64,000 bases of DNA. Origin: Escherichia phage PhaxI. Shown piece after piece: positions 10,063 to 19,086 of the stretch (positions within the stretch are counted from its first letter, which is position 1; the number at the start of each line of letters is the position of its first letter). The stretch lies in the sequence record JN673056, one strand, 5' to 3'. The position numbers were made by a program, and so were the translations under genes. Below the pieces are notes generated by a model. It did no database searches and had not been told where the DNA came from. It saw nothing but the letters and a program-made list of their open reading frames with translations.

Positions 10063-10690
10063 TCTGTTCCCGAGACAGATATTCCCAACGGGTTGCGAGA
10101 AATACGCGTCTAACAGCAGCAGTTGAGCACAGCGCGATTACGAGTTTCCTCTCCATCATGATACCGTTCATATGTGGTGAACGGGCTGTCCATACAACAT
10201 ACTGACCTAAATCGTCGTTGGCAGTCAGGCTAATGCGAAACTGATTACACAATTTGTCGATTAACGCATAATCATATGTGAACGTCCCTTCAGTTTTCCA
10301 GCTTGATTTCTTCACCTGAAGAGCTTCACCACGAGTTCTGAATTCTAACGTCACTCCATGAGTTTCATTGTCGAAATGAACAACTCTCTGAGTTTCATTT
10401 TTCAGAGTCCGGTTCATATTATGTACGAAGAAACGGGCGTCGATCTCCCTATTGCTCATGGAATTAAAATCGATCGGCCAAAAACGAGCGCGCATAATCG
10501 CGCCTTCTGGCAATACAATTAGTCCATTTTCACGGGAGACATAGCAAAGACGTTTAACTACAGGGTCAGGATGTTCCACACAATAAACGGAAATTCCAGT
10601 GGGAAGGATAGCGTGGGCGACAACACCAGATCTTTCAAAATATAAATTACCCTGGTCAGCCCCGATGATAATACGGCTCTTGTTGTTCAT
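10022..10690 (-). CDS. hypothetical protein (222 aa)
   Basis: Long ORF in minus-strand operon, no motif recognised. Confidence 0.45.
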   Translation of the reverse strand: MNNKSRIIIGADQGNLYFERSGVVAHAILPTGISVYCVEHPDPVVKRLCYVSRENGLIVLPEGAIMRARFWPIDFNSMSNREIDARFFVHNMNRTLKNETQRVVHFDNETHGVTLEFRTRGEALQVKKSSWKTEGTFTYDYALIDKLCNQFRISLTANDDLGQYVVWTARSPHMNGIMMERKLVIALCSTAAVRRVFLATRWEYLSREQIDNALSHCNRLEV

Positions 10691-10747
10691 AATATAGATC
10701 TCTCAAATAAAAGGCGGTTTAATAATAACCGCCCTAATGTTATTGAA

Positions 10748-11542
10748 TTATTTTATATCACCGACATACATGTTCAAACTTTCATCCCATTCTAAACGAA
10801 CACGAATAGTGCCAGAATCGTTTGGGAAAGACAATTTGTCGCACATATGACGATTTGCATATGTTCCGCTCTTATTAACAGGATAATCTTTACCTTCACC
10901 GATTGCGAATCGTTTGAAGTTCCGACTCACCATCATATTGATGTTAGGCCACTGCAATTGTTCCCGTAGGGTTTTGCACAATATAATCTTCCCATTAGAC
11001 CGGAAAGACACGAATAAATCATTTGGTGAAGAAAATCGCCTTTCTTGCGGGCATAATTGCCTGATTGAAATAAACTCAGATTCTTCTTTATTCTCAACTG
11101 GAGACTTCACGGGTTCTTCTTTTCGTTTTTCTGCATATTGCTCAACAGCCTTTTGGCTGATAGGCGGCAGATCAATAGAAGGGGAGATGACTGCGGGCTT
11201 AACGACTGGTGAAGTACGAGCAGCAACAAGTTTTTCCTGAGCTTCCAGAATTCTCTCTTGGCGAGATTTTGGTCGAGTATCAACCTTGGAGCTGAAATCA
11301 CAAACCGTAACCCAATCACCCTGATCATTGCGCTTGGCAACCAGAGTCAGTTTATAGATGATGCCCTGCAGCTTGCTTTCGCGCATAGTGTCTGCGAACC
11401 AGAAAGCACAACCCTGCTCGAACTTTTCAGCGAAGATGACGCGTCCGTCTTCGTGAATCAGAATGACCTTTGCTTTGTTGGGCGCGAACATCTTATTCTT
11501 TTCAATGATCGATTCGGCGATCTTTTTGGTAATAATCATCAC
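10748..11542 (-). CDS. hypothetical protein (264 aa)
   Basis: Long ORF; no motif recognised. Confidence 0.45.
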   Translation of the reverse strand: MMIITKKIAESIIEKNKMFAPNKAKVILIHEDGRVIFAEKFEQGCAFWFADTMRESKLQGIIYKLTLVAKRNDQGDWVTVCDFSSKVDTRPKSRQERILEAQEKLVAARTSPVVKPAVISPSIDLPPISQKAVEQYAEKRKEEPVKSPVENKEESEFISIRQLCPQERRFSSPNDLFVSFRSNGKIILCKTLREQLQWPNINMMVSRNFKRFAIGEGKDYPVNKSGTYANRHMCDKLSFPNDSGTIRVRLEWDESLNMYVGDIK

Positions 11543-11589
11543 GAAGTATTTCCTTTCAGTTCAATGGAAGTTAAATTTTAACCTGAAAA

Positions 11590-11910
11590 TTATCTTTGAT
11601 TTCCAACGAAATTAGTCGCTATTTCCCGACACATAGTCAGATCTTTGATCGTCTGTTTGCTATTGTCGGCAGCGGACTCCATCATTGACAAATCCAAAGC
11701 ATTCTCTATTTGATCCACGCTGTAGAGATCAAGGCGTTTCAACTCACCTTCATAATCTGATAAAAGGATGGATGTATCTTTATCATCAGGGTGAAATTGT
11801 TGATAAGTAGACAACCAGGCCGCACACATATTCAATTTGCTAGCCGGAGTTGCCACAACTTGGAATGATGCCAACATAGAAAAGAATAACAAGAATATTA
11901 TGTTTCTCAT
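11590..11910 (-). CDS. small secreted protein (signal peptide)
   Basis: N-terminus MRNIIFLLFFSMLASFQVVA looks like a Sec signal peptide. Confidence 0.4.
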   Translation of the reverse strand: MRNIIFLLFFSMLASFQVVATPASKLNMCAAWLSTYQQFHPDDKDTSILLSDYEGELKRLDLYSVDQIENALDLSMMESAADNSKQTIKDLTMCREIATNFVGNQR

Positions 11911-12596
11911 CTTTCGTTCTCCTTCATCATATTATCACAGTCAATTCTTGTTTGCTTGAGTTCACGGGCAAGCCTGGGATCATCAAGATTGACAGACAAA
12001 TTAGTGGAAAGATCTTTCAAACCATTCTGAACACGGTCTTCATAATAATGATCATTTTCCACCAGCCATGCTCTCAGGCCAAGGGCGCGAGTCCGCCATT
12101 CCTTTTTCAAACGTCGATCTGATTCTTGATCAGCACTGTATTCAAATACTCGGATACATTGGTTGCCATCATTGATGAGATCCAGCTGACGTCGGCCAAC
12201 CTGCACACCTTTTTGTAATGCTGGAGAAGGAAGAGAACGGCACTGTCTTACGGTCATTCGTCCTTGTGTGCCCATACGACCAGTCATGATGAGATCGCCA
12301 GCCTCCATGCCTCCTCGATTAAATTCTTTGTCGTTCATATATCCTTTCAGGTTGAACGCGCCTTGCTTATATCGATTAAACTCAATACCAGCATTTACAA
12401 CGGCATCTGTGACATTACCTGTGGCCCAGAGTTCAGCAAAGTTCTCTATGGAACCAGTTTTGTCTATAGCGACGGCTTGGGAGAACCCAGCACAGTAGGA
12501 AAGATCAGACCACAGTTTTTCACCTGTGGAGTTCAGCTTGGCGGTGGCAGGAAGTGCCAGACCAGCCAGCACAACCCCGATGATTAAACGTTTCAT
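11907..12596 (-). CDS. secreted/periplasmic protein (229 aa)
   Basis: Start set to ATG 12594-12596 with SD AAGGAG giving MKRLIIGVVLAGLALPATA signal peptide; track ORF extends further upstream to 12761. Confidence 0.45.
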   Translation of the reverse strand: MKRLIIGVVLAGLALPATAKLNSTGEKLWSDLSYCAGFSQAVAIDKTGSIENFAELWATGNVTDAVVNAGIEFNRYKQGAFNLKGYMNDKEFNRGGMEAGDLIMTGRMGTQGRMTVRQCRSLPSPALQKGVQVGRRQLDLINDGNQCIRVFEYSADQESDRRLKKEWRTRALGLRAWLVENDHYYEDRVQNGLKDLSTNLSVNLDDPRLARELKQTRIDCDNMMKENER

Positions 12597-12675
12597 GGTG
12601 ATTCTCCTTATTTCATTGGATAAAATGATAGGGCTGTCACCATGTTGAGTAAAGGGTTTCAATAAACTATCGTAT

Positions 12676-13125
12676 TCAGAAACGGGTATCGCTGACCGTT
12701 CTGTATCGCACACCCTGAAACTGTTTAGCGAGTTTAACAAATTCCATCGCTGGCAAATCAACTTTGTAGACCTTCATGCGCTGTTTGCCGTCCATGTTCA
12801 ACGCAGCGACAAATCGGTGAGACCCGTCAACAACGTAATTGTCAGAAGACACCCAAACTCGACCCATGGGCTTCTTATTTCTGATCTGCTTCATAATCTT
12901 CCAGACCTTCATTTTATTGATTTCGTTCTGGGTAAGACGAAGCATTTTGATGGGCACTTGCGCAGCATCTATGGACACGCCGTTGTCTTCAAGATATTTG
13001 TGAAAATCTTCTTGTTTGTCGGCATCGATTTGCGGCATAGAAGAACGAGAAAGCCCGAGGTTCCCAACAGGAATCCTCAGGCCATTTATGATATTCATCC
13101 AGTCAATAAAGGATGTAAGGAACAT
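12676..13125 (-). CDS. ParB-like nuclease domain protein
   Basis: Motif ..KPMGRVWVSSDNYVVDGSHRFVAALNMDG.. matches the ParB/Srx N-terminal domain signature (vIDGhHR). Confidence 0.5.
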   Translation of the reverse strand: MFLTSFIDWMNIINGLRIPVGNLGLSRSSMPQIDADKQEDFHKYLEDNGVSIDAAQVPIKMLRLTQNEINKMKVWKIMKQIRNKKPMGRVWVSSDNYVVDGSHRFVAALNMDGKQRMKVYKVDLPAMEFVKLAKQFQGVRYRTVSDTRF

Positions 13126-13162
13126 GACACACCTCGGGATATAGGGTTATCCCTTAGTTAGT

Positions 13163-13441
13163 TCATTCGGACTTAAACAGCAATTCGCGAACAGAAGTCC
13201 CAACGATATTTTGGGCGTTCAACAAACGAGTTAAATCATCCATGTCGTATGCTGAATTGGTGACATGGCCCAAGATAATCGCCAACATTCCCTCCAGCGC
13301 TCTCCGATTGTTATTCTCTTCAATGTCAAACTTAATTTCAACAAATCGAGATAGCATTCTGGATTGAGCATGAGTTTCGTTGGTTTTGCTCTGTATAATA
13401 TCTTTGATTTCCGAACGAGCAATACTTCTTTGATCTGTCAT
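13163..13441 (-). CDS. hypothetical protein (92 aa) starting MTDQ
   Basis: Preceded by conserved hairpin-RBS cassette (see repeat 13425-13510); AAGGAA SD. Confidence 0.45.
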   Translation of the reverse strand: MTDQRSIARSEIKDIIQSKTNETHAQSRMLSRFVEIKFDIEENNNRRALEGMLAIILGHVTNSAYDMDDLTRLLNAQNIVGTSVRELLFKSE

Positions 13442-13510
13442 GATATAGTTCCTTCATTTCAAATGGGCGGGGCAAAGATACCCCGCCGTGGGTTTATAGG
13501 GTAACAAGTG
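13425..13510 (-). repeat. terminator-RBS-start cassette, copy A (hairpin GGCGGGG-N8-CCCCGCC then CATTTGAAATGAAGGAA..ATGACAGATCAA)
   Basis: About 75 percent identical over about 70 bp to 13985-14070, including the first four codons (MTDQ) of the downstream gene. Confidence 0.6.
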
Positions 13511-14000
13511 ATACGGTAAAAACCATCGTCCCATCTGTTGTCATTTTTCTTGAAACTGGGAAGACGCGAGGCTGACAGAATATCCATTCTTTCTCCATGG
13601 ACGCCAAGTCCAGCATATCCATTTCTGATTCATCGCCTTTGTTCACAAATTTTTCTAGAGAACCAAAGACATTAAGCCCCTCTGGGAGTCCGTTTCGATG
13701 TTTATAACAAATGCGGGCAACAGCTTTGGTTCCATACGATTTAGAAAATTGTTTGGCCACATGCTTCAGTTCGCTGAAACTAAGACAAGAATCCCATGTC
13801 TGAAACATGTCTCCTCGTTCAAACATCATCTCCAAACGCGCAACGTCCTCTTTAGGCAACCCGCGATAAAGTGTGGTCATCTGCGGTTCGCGTAATTCTT
13901 GCACCAGACCACGGATGGCAGGGGAAACAGTGCCAGGGCGCATGATGTGGGACTTATCATGGACGAGGTAAAATAAATCTTGAATTTGTTGATCGGTCAT
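13494..14000 (-). CDS. hypothetical protein (168 aa) starting MTDQ
   Basis: Preceded by copy B of the hairpin-RBS cassette; no motif recognised. Confidence 0.45.
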   Translation of the reverse strand: MTDQQIQDLFYLVHDKSHIMRPGTVSPAIRGLVQELREPQMTTLYRGLPKEDVARLEMMFERGDMFQTWDSCLSFSELKHVAKQFSKSYGTKAVARICYKHRNGLPEGLNVFGSLEKFVNKGDESEMDMLDLASMEKEWIFCQPRVFPVSRKMTTDGTMVFTVSLVTL

Positions 14001-14070
14001 GATGTATTTCCTTCATTTCAAATAGGCGGGGTAATCATACCCCACCCTAAGTTATAGAATTAACTGATGT
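13985..14070 (-). repeat. terminator-RBS-start cassette, copy B
   Basis: Hairpin GGGGTA-ATCA-TACCCC followed by CATTTGAAATGAAGGAAATACATCATGACCGATCAA on minus strand; paralogous to 13425-13510. Confidence 0.6.
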
Positions 14071-14350
14071 GCTTCAGAAGAGCGAAGAGGATCGCGGCCT
14101 TGGCTTTCACCTTTCCGACGACGCCTGTTTCGACATCGACTTCTTCGGCAACCCAATCTTTTCCCTTCTTGCTGATGATAACATCGCGGCGCTGGGCATA
14201 TACTTCTTTGGTCGCATACACACGACGGAACCCTTTAGCGCGGAGCAAGCCCCAATTACGATCATCTCCACTGAGTTCTACCATTTGTCTCATGATATAT
14301 CTACCTTTCACCTGTGAACCCATCGTTCGCCAGTTATTGAATATACGCAT
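14060..14350 (-). CDS. hypothetical protein
   Basis: ORF in operon; likely shorter than track ORF (internal Met MRQMVELSG). Confidence 0.35.
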   Translation of the reverse strand: MRIFNNWRTMGSQVKGRYIMRQMVELSGDDRNWGLLRAKGFRRVYATKEVYAQRRDVIISKKGKDWVAEEVDVETGVVGKVKAKAAILFALLKHIS

Positions 14351-14412
14351 TTGCCTTATAGAAGTAAACCCCTAAAAGTAAAAATCCCCCAACGTTTGTT
14401 GGGGATCTTCAG

Positions 14413-14745
14413 TTACTTGCGCAGGGCAACCACGTATTCGGCAAGTTCACCCATGGTCGGGTCGTCGCCTTTACCGCCCAGCCAGCCATCAGAGATCTCG
14501 ACATTGAACTCTTCTTCTAGTTCCATGACGATTTCGATGGCATCAAGATCGTCGCCGCCGAGGTCTTTCTTGGTGCGGAGGCCAGCCAGTTTATCCAGGG
14601 CGTCATTCATAATCACTTCCGCGTCGACGATGCCTTTGATGCTGCTCTTGTCTTCGTCACTGACTTCCAGGTTCAGATTGTCAGTGGCGTACTGAGCCAG
14701 GTGACGCATTACTTCAACATAAGTTGGTTTGTTTGACATAAGCAT
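14413..14745 (-). CDS. acyl-carrier-protein-like protein lacking the phosphopantetheine-attachment serine
   Basis: KDLGGDDLDAIEIVMELEEEFNVEISD aligns with E. coli ACP [27 protein letters not shown], but codons GAC GAT (DD) replace the DS of the DSL motif; checked on the DNA. Confidence 0.6.
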   Translation of the reverse strand: MLMSNKPTYVEVMRHLAQYATDNLNLEVSDEDKSSIKGIVDAEVIMNDALDKLAGLRTKKDLGGDDLDAIEIVMELEEEFNVEISDGWLGGKGDDPTMGELAEYVVALRK

Positions 14746-14758
14746 ATCTCAAAATGAA

Positions 14759-14774
14759 GGCGGGTTTCCCCGCC
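14759..14774 (-). terminator. GC hairpin (GGCGGG-TTTC-CCCGCC) between vWA gene stop and ACP-like gene start
   Basis: Perfect 6-bp GC stem followed on minus strand by TTCATTTTG; 13 nt upstream of the ACP-like ATG. Confidence 0.4.
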
Positions 14775-14782
14775 AGTTGAAT

Positions 14783-17035
14783 TTAGATTTTGACTTCTTT
14801 TTCAGCCAGTTCGGCAGTGACGGTGTATTTCACCCCATCAACGTCCACATCCATAGTGGATTCTTCCAAATCCAGGTCGGTAAACCAACCATGGCCTGCA
14901 ACAATCCCATAAACTACCTTGGACAGCGTTTTGTTCAGAGATCGAACTTCGTTGATAGCTGCTTTTGCTGCATCACCAATCCAACTTTCGATCAGCTTTT
15001 TCTGAGTCTCTTCCGGTACGCTGGTGATCATCGGCGATTTAACAAACGCATTGTATTCGGCCAGGGCATTAGCGATCAGCTGATCAGCGACATTCAGTTT
15101 TTTACCGTCCGTCTGTTTTTTGATAACAGACGCGATGCTCGGCAGTGAAGATGCGCCTTTGATTTTCACATTCAATTCACGACTCATATAGACATCGGTT
15201 GATTCTACAGAAGAAGTCTTCGGTGAAAATCCATAGTCGCGAATGCCGTTTGCTGACAGGAAATCAGCCGCTTCTTTGCCATATTTTGAAGCCAGACCCG
15301 TAGCGTTGCCTTTTCCAACCAGTTCATCACGGTAGAATTTCAGAACTTTCTGTTTTGCCTTCAATGCTTCACGGCGCACATTGTCTGCAAAGAATTCAGC
15401 AGCACTGATATTCTTTGTCATGGCGCGGTTAACCATTGGGACACTTTCCAGATTTACAATGAAGACTTCCGGCCCACCAAACACATGAACACCCATGGCA
15501 GTCAAATCCTGTGCCACCTTAGCCCGAACAATCGGAGAATCTGCAGTGATAGGCATTGTTTTCAGGTTGATGATACCATCCTTGACAATGGTGTAATTGC
15601 GATAACGCCATGTATCCAGCTCTTCAGGAAGTTCATATTTCTTCTGTACAAACTCGGGCACAACAACCGTCCCGTGTTGAACTGTCTGCACACTGATGTT
15701 AGGACGTTCTGAATTATAGACCAAATTGCTGATCGGGACAATCCCTTTATCATCTGCTGGATTGAATTCCGGCGTCCAATCTTCGTGCTCGGCCAGTTTG
15801 AGCGCCAGGGCTTTACGCTCTTCTTTAGAAGTCGCATTCGCAATCTCTTCGGCCAACTTGTCTTCGGTGTCGTCAACTTTTTGTATAGTACCGCGCCCAA
15901 TGCTCTTGTAAGAGAATAGCGGATGCTTGGTGACGATAGAGACATCTGCTTCAGCCAAATACGTCAGAACATCAACAATGGTGGTGGCGTCTTCAGCCGG
16001 AACCATATTATAATCGATGCCATCAACTCCTCGCAGAGATTCGTCTACGATAGCCTGAGTCAGATCGACTTTGATGTTGGAGTAATCCTGCTTGGTGAAA
16101 CAGTTGCTGTATTGTTTGATGAAGCGGACGTCACCCGTTTTCTTCAGCGCAGCCCAAACCAAATCTGCGTCCATGGTATACACGCCGTAAAATGCCAGCA
16201 CGTATGCCGCTTGGATGTCTGCCAGATTATCCAGCTGGTCGATCATGTTGGGGTTTACAACCCACAGCTGAGAAACGCTTTCAGGGATGCTGACGTGGCC
16301 AATAGGGTGCTCTTCATCAGGATGCACAGCTAAAACAGTCGCCACGCCATTTTCAACATAAATGGCATGGGTGTAAACCAGGGGAACATCGACCACCACT
16401 TTCGGTGAAGAAGTTTTTAGCACGTTTTCCAATTCGGTCTGATATTCATTCTGGCCTTCGGCGAATACGTGGGTCGCACCAGAACGTTCTGCCATTAGCG
16501 CCAGCAGTTCGCGATTACAATACCAACCGTATTCGATGAAGGTAATGTTATCAAACGCTTTGGGCAGTACTTCAGCGGCATCCAGGATTTCATTAGAGCG
16601 CCAGCAGTTGTCATATCCGTCGGTCATGAACGCCAGGTTATTGACATAACCAGGTTTGTTCAGGCTCATCGCGGTTTCAGCAGCCAACTTCAGAGGTTCT
16701 ACAAATCCCGTACAACCTGACGGTTGCAGGAAGCGGTCAATCAGTTTATTGATTTCACTGAGATCGGTCGCGCTATTGATCTGACGGCCAGCGAATACCG
16801 TACCGAAATCACCACGGGATGAAAAGTAAAGAATGCTGACGGTATCTTCTGGTTTAACCAGAGACGGGAGATTTTCCTTCAGATGCTTACGGACTTCTGG
16901 AAGTGAAAGATACATGGACCGGGAGATATCCACAACGATTACATGGTTAGACGGTGCGACGGTCGCAACCGCATTCTTAAATGTTAATGATTCAATCATC
17001 GTTATTACCTTCTTTGGTGGTTTGAGCGGCTTCAC
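14783..17035 (-). CDS. von Willebrand factor A (vWA) domain protein (750 aa)
   Basis: MIDAS motif DxSxS (VVVDISRSMY) in N-terminal domain followed by a long C-terminal region of unknown fold. Confidence 0.5.
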   Translation of the reverse strand: MKPLKPPKKVITMIESLTFKNAVATVAPSNHVIVVDISRSMYLSLPEVRKHLKENLPSLVKPEDTVSILYFSSRGDFGTVFAGRQINSATDLSEINKLIDRFLQPSGCTGFVEPLKLAAETAMSLNKPGYVNNLAFMTDGYDNCWRSNEILDAAEVLPKAFDNITFIEYGWYCNRELLALMAERSGATHVFAEGQNEYQTELENVLKTSSPKVVVDVPLVYTHAIYVENGVATVLAVHPDEEHPIGHVSIPESVSQLWVVNPNMIDQLDNLADIQAAYVLAFYGVYTMDADLVWAALKKTGDVRFIKQYSNCFTKQDYSNIKVDLTQAIVDESLRGVDGIDYNMVPAEDATTIVDVLTYLAEADVSIVTKHPLFSYKSIGRGTIQKVDDTEDKLAEEIANATSKEERKALALKLAEHEDWTPEFNPADDKGIVPISNLVYNSERPNISVQTVQHGTVVVPEFVQKKYELPEELDTWRYRNYTIVKDGIINLKTMPITADSPIVRAKVAQDLTAMGVHVFGGPEVFIVNLESVPMVNRAMTKNISAAEFFADNVRREALKAKQKVLKFYRDELVGKGNATGLASKYGKEAADFLSANGIRDYGFSPKTSSVESTDVYMSRELNVKIKGASSLPSIASVIKKQTDGKKLNVADQLIANALAEYNAFVKSPMITSVPEETQKKLIESWIGDAAKAAINEVRSLNKTLSKVVYGIVAGHGWFTDLDLEESTMDVDVDGVKYTVTAELAEKEVKI

Positions 17036-17266
17036 CTTCCGGCTTTGCCAGCATGTGTTCTATGAATTCGCGATTAGTTTCAATCTGTTGGATTAAAACT
17101 TCGCTGGGTTTAAACTGTGAGTCAAGAGAGTCAACTCTTGAACGCAAAAATGGTTTGGGCAAAGTAATTTCCCTCGCTTTACAATTGGGCCATTATACCT
17201 TGGCTTGTTAATTGAAACGCCCAGCAATTTGCCGGACGTTATTGATTTTGAAAGACTTTTGAAGAA

Positions 17267-17992
17267 TTACAAGTATGACACCACGATGGCTCTATACAGC
17301 GCCCCCACGGAATCACCAGGTTGGGCTTTCGGATCTAACAAGAATTTCTTAACACGATCACAAGCTGCTTGGCGTTTGTCTTCTGACAGGTCACACCACG
17401 GATAATCCCCTGAAGCAGCATTACACGTTTTCGCCAAACGCAGGACAAGTTCAGAATTTAGATCTTCAGAAGTCATAAACGAGCGAAGATACGCTTCCAC
17501 CAAAGATCTTGCTTCACCATTACGCCGTTCGTTATAACGTTCATTATCGGTGCGAACAAATTCAACTCGACATCCCCGACTTGGATCCTTGGGATGACGA
17601 AACACGACGGATTGTCCTTTACCCTCAAGGAATTCAGAACCACCCATCTCATGTATCGCTTCCCTTTCTGACACATATTCATCAATGTTGATCTTAGCAT
17701 CTTTGGCGGACACATCGATGATCTGCTTTTCTACTATCGCGCGATATGCTTCCAGTTCCCATAGTTGAGAAAGGGTCTTTTCATAGGCCAGCTGCTTGCC
17801 TATTTCTTCATCGAAGTGGCAGGGGTCTACCGATGTGGAACTATTCTTACCCCACACAATGAACCCATTGTCCATCTTGAAATGGCATGTAATGACGCGG
17901 TGACCACCAACTTCACGGTCTTCATAAATCACTTCGGCGATGTGGGACTTTAGAAGTTCTGGAGTGAGTTTAATCCCTTCACGATTACCCAT
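17267..17992 (-). CDS. hypothetical protein (241 aa)
   Basis: Long ORF, no motif recognised. Confidence 0.45.
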   Translation of the reverse strand: MGNREGIKLTPELLKSHIAEVIYEDREVGGHRVITCHFKMDNGFIVWGKNSSTSVDPCHFDEEIGKQLAYEKTLSQLWELEAYRAIVEKQIIDVSAKDAKINIDEYVSEREAIHEMGGSEFLEGKGQSVVFRHPKDPSRGCRVEFVRTDNERYNERRNGEARSLVEAYLRSFMTSEDLNSELVLRLAKTCNAASGDYPWCDLSEDKRQAACDRVKKFLLDPKAQPGDSVGALYRAIVVSYL

Positions 17993-18236
17993 TATCCACC
18001 CCCACTTTCACTAAACGGTCTAGTAATTGGCGGATATTACGGGGGCAATGTTCTAGATCTTCATCAGACAAATACAGCACGTTGGTCTGAATATCTTTAA
18101 AAGTTGAAAGGTTATTCAACTCAGATTCGACGACGGTTTTCAATTGCGTATACGCTTCATCGCAATAATTTCGGCGGTTGCAGTCGGTCATTACCTGAGA
18201 TAACTTTTCAAAAGATTCTTGTATTTCCTTTGACAT
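17985..18236 (-). CDS. hypothetical protein (83 aa)
   Basis: Overlapping start/stop with downstream gene. Confidence 0.35.
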   Translation of the reverse strand: MSKEIQESFEKLSQVMTDCNRRNYCDEAYTQLKTVVESELNNLSTFKDIQTNVLYLSDEDLEHCPRNIRQLLDRLVKVGVDNG

Positions 18237-18246
18237 CGTTTGACAC

Positions 18247-18645
18247 CTATAGTTGGTTACACACAGATATTACTTTACGGCACGTGTCGATATCGAACAA
18301 GCCGATATGGCAATCGCGCTTCTTGATCCCCAGATTATGAGCCAGCCAGTTGTAAGCATCACTCCTGCTCCTCTGCCCACTTTTCCAGATAGGGTCAAAC
18401 GACCTATGAGCTTCCTGCTTAGCAGCACGGAGAGCGGCATTCGCCATCCTTCCCATAGGGGTCTTTCCATCACCATGTTTATGGCAACCGACTCGGGCGT
18501 CACATGGAGTGCACACCCAGAACTTCAGATTGCGGAGTTCAGGGCGGTGGGGGTATACAGCATCACCACTGACGTATTTGGCAGGAAGGCCGCAATAATC
18601 ACAGATGACAGGTTTCATATTCTTTGTCCAAAAGAAACCCCGCAC
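18247..18645 (-). CDS. cysteine-rich zinc-finger-like protein
   Basis: CDYC...CTPCDARVGCHKH cysteine/histidine clusters. Confidence 0.4.
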   Translation of the reverse strand: MRGFFWTKNMKPVICDYCGLPAKYVSGDAVYPHRPELRNLKFWVCTPCDARVGCHKHGDGKTPMGRMANAALRAAKQEAHRSFDPIWKSGQRSRSDAYNWLAHNLGIKKRDCHIGLFDIDTCRKVISVCNQL

Positions 18646-18656
18646 ACGGCGGGGTT
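18636..18656 (-). terminator. rho-independent terminator (AACCCCGC-CGTGTG-CGGGGTT + TTTCTTTT on minus strand)
   Basis: GC stem plus T-run immediately downstream of stop of gene 18678-19049. Confidence 0.6.
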
Positions 18657-18677
18657 GCTTAGGCCGAGGCCGACAGA

Positions 18678-19049
18678 TTATTTCAGGAGTTTTTCCAGTT
18701 CTTCAACAGAGAGACCTTCCAGTTCCTGCTGTTTCTTACGCTGGATCAGTTCCATGATCGCCTGGTTATTCGCTTTGCGTTCGGCGGCGGTTGCGCTTTC
18801 GTCACGTTCTTTCAATTTGACACCGATGATCGCTTTCACGATATCGAAACGCAGTTGTAACTGAGAGTCGACTGCGCTTTTCACGCCGATGAAATCTTCT
18901 TCATCGCTGGCGGCTTCCTTCACCTGACGGCTGAGGTCTTTCGCCAGTTCGTTTAGGGCATTCAGGTTCAGATCCCAAACCTGCTCAACAGATAGCAGAC
19001 CTTTGTTAGAGTTGAAACGCAGTTTTAAACGGGTTGCTTGATCAAACAT
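18678..19049 (-). CDS. hypothetical protein (123 aa)
   Basis: ORF followed by clear terminator. Confidence 0.45.
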   Translation of the reverse strand: MFDQATRLKLRFNSNKGLLSVEQVWDLNLNALNELAKDLSRQVKEAASDEEDFIGVKSAVDSQLQLRFDIVKAIIGVKLKERDESATAAERKANNQAIMELIQRKKQQELEGLSVEELEKLLK

Positions 19050-19086
19050 TTCATTGTTCCTTATTACGAATTTGTGGTCAAATCAA

